From: an uncultured Methanomicrobiales archaeon
GTDB taxonomy: Archaea; Halobacteriota; Methanomicrobia; Methanomicrobiales; Methanospirillaceae
Direction: 5' to 3'
DNA: 62,558 nt
Assembly: GCA_963758915.1 (NCBI GenBank)
Contig: CAVWXH010000001.1
Coordinates: 1 to 62,558, forward strand
Within the stretch, counting starts at the first letter, position 1; each line of letters begins with the position of its first letter. This document shows positions 62,296 to 62,558 of the stretch, piece by piece. Position numbers and translations under genes: made by a program. The notes below the pieces were generated by a model, which searched no databases, was not told the origin of the DNA, and saw only the letters and a list, made by a program, of their open reading frames with translations.

Positions 62296-62558
62296 TTATG
62301 GCGATATCAGGTAAAAATCGCTATGGGTGTAAATATCATCTGTTGAAAAAACTGTCACATAATATTGTTGAGGCAGCCATCCGGTGGTATTGACATTGAA
62401 TATCCATTGGTTGATATCATTTCTACCTGCAATGATTGTTGCATTTCCAGCGACCCCATAAAATATACCGTCTGTTCTGGTTCGTTTTGCCCGGAAAAAA
62501 GTCTTCGGCAATCTCGATTTTCAGTTGTTCATCTGATCCCAGATTGGTTATTCCTGAA
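62296..62558 (-). CDS. C-terminal part of an exported Ig-like protein (partial)
   Basis: NQWIFNVNTTGWLPQQYYVTV resembles the C-terminus of 60179-61189. Confidence 0.55.

Larger units (their letters stand above)
52421..62558. mobile_element. Putative tRNA-adjacent integrated element / genomic island (right end not seen)
   Basis: Abrupt switch from housekeeping genes to short plasmid/virus-like ORFs, excisionase-type HTH, repeats and AT-richer lipoprotein genes; no integrase in the window. Confidence 0.7.

Overview
This window is the chromosome of a hydrogenotrophic methanogenic archaeon, most likely Methanomicrobiales (Methanoregula/Methanolinea-like). That call rests on gene content and was not confirmed by a search. 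Bases 1-51.5 kb are mostly core genes: tsr3, a SelB-like factor, lemA/DUF2207, ygiQ, larE/larC, the atwA-mmp3-6-5-15-17-7 methanogenesis-marker operon, R15P isomerase + form III RuBisCO + dapF, radB, cdc48, a MetE-like synthase, aspS, cofD, ubiX-ubiD-aconitase X, mscS and PolD large subunit with a Gln-ending mini-intein. Five copies of a ~155-200 bp structured intergenic repeat lie between 23.7 and 44.1 kb. An accessory island starts at a tRNA-Leu(CAA) whose promoter and 5' half are duplicated just upstream. In the island, a 2-kb plasmid/virus-like operon (Zn-finger protein, DUF6573-like protein, excisionase-type HTH) is bracketed by a perfect 16-bp direct repeat. Outside that sit two ~550-620 bp non-coding, hairpin-rich arms that are diverged inverted copies of each other. 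Further along are an orphan duplicate 3' end of a secreted-protein gene enclosing lipoprotein cargo, a four-gene membrane/secreted module and more lipoprotein genes. No integrase is visible in the window. Many single-base frameshifts, some in conserved genes, probably reflect sequencing/assembly indels. All product calls come from motif recognition by eye.
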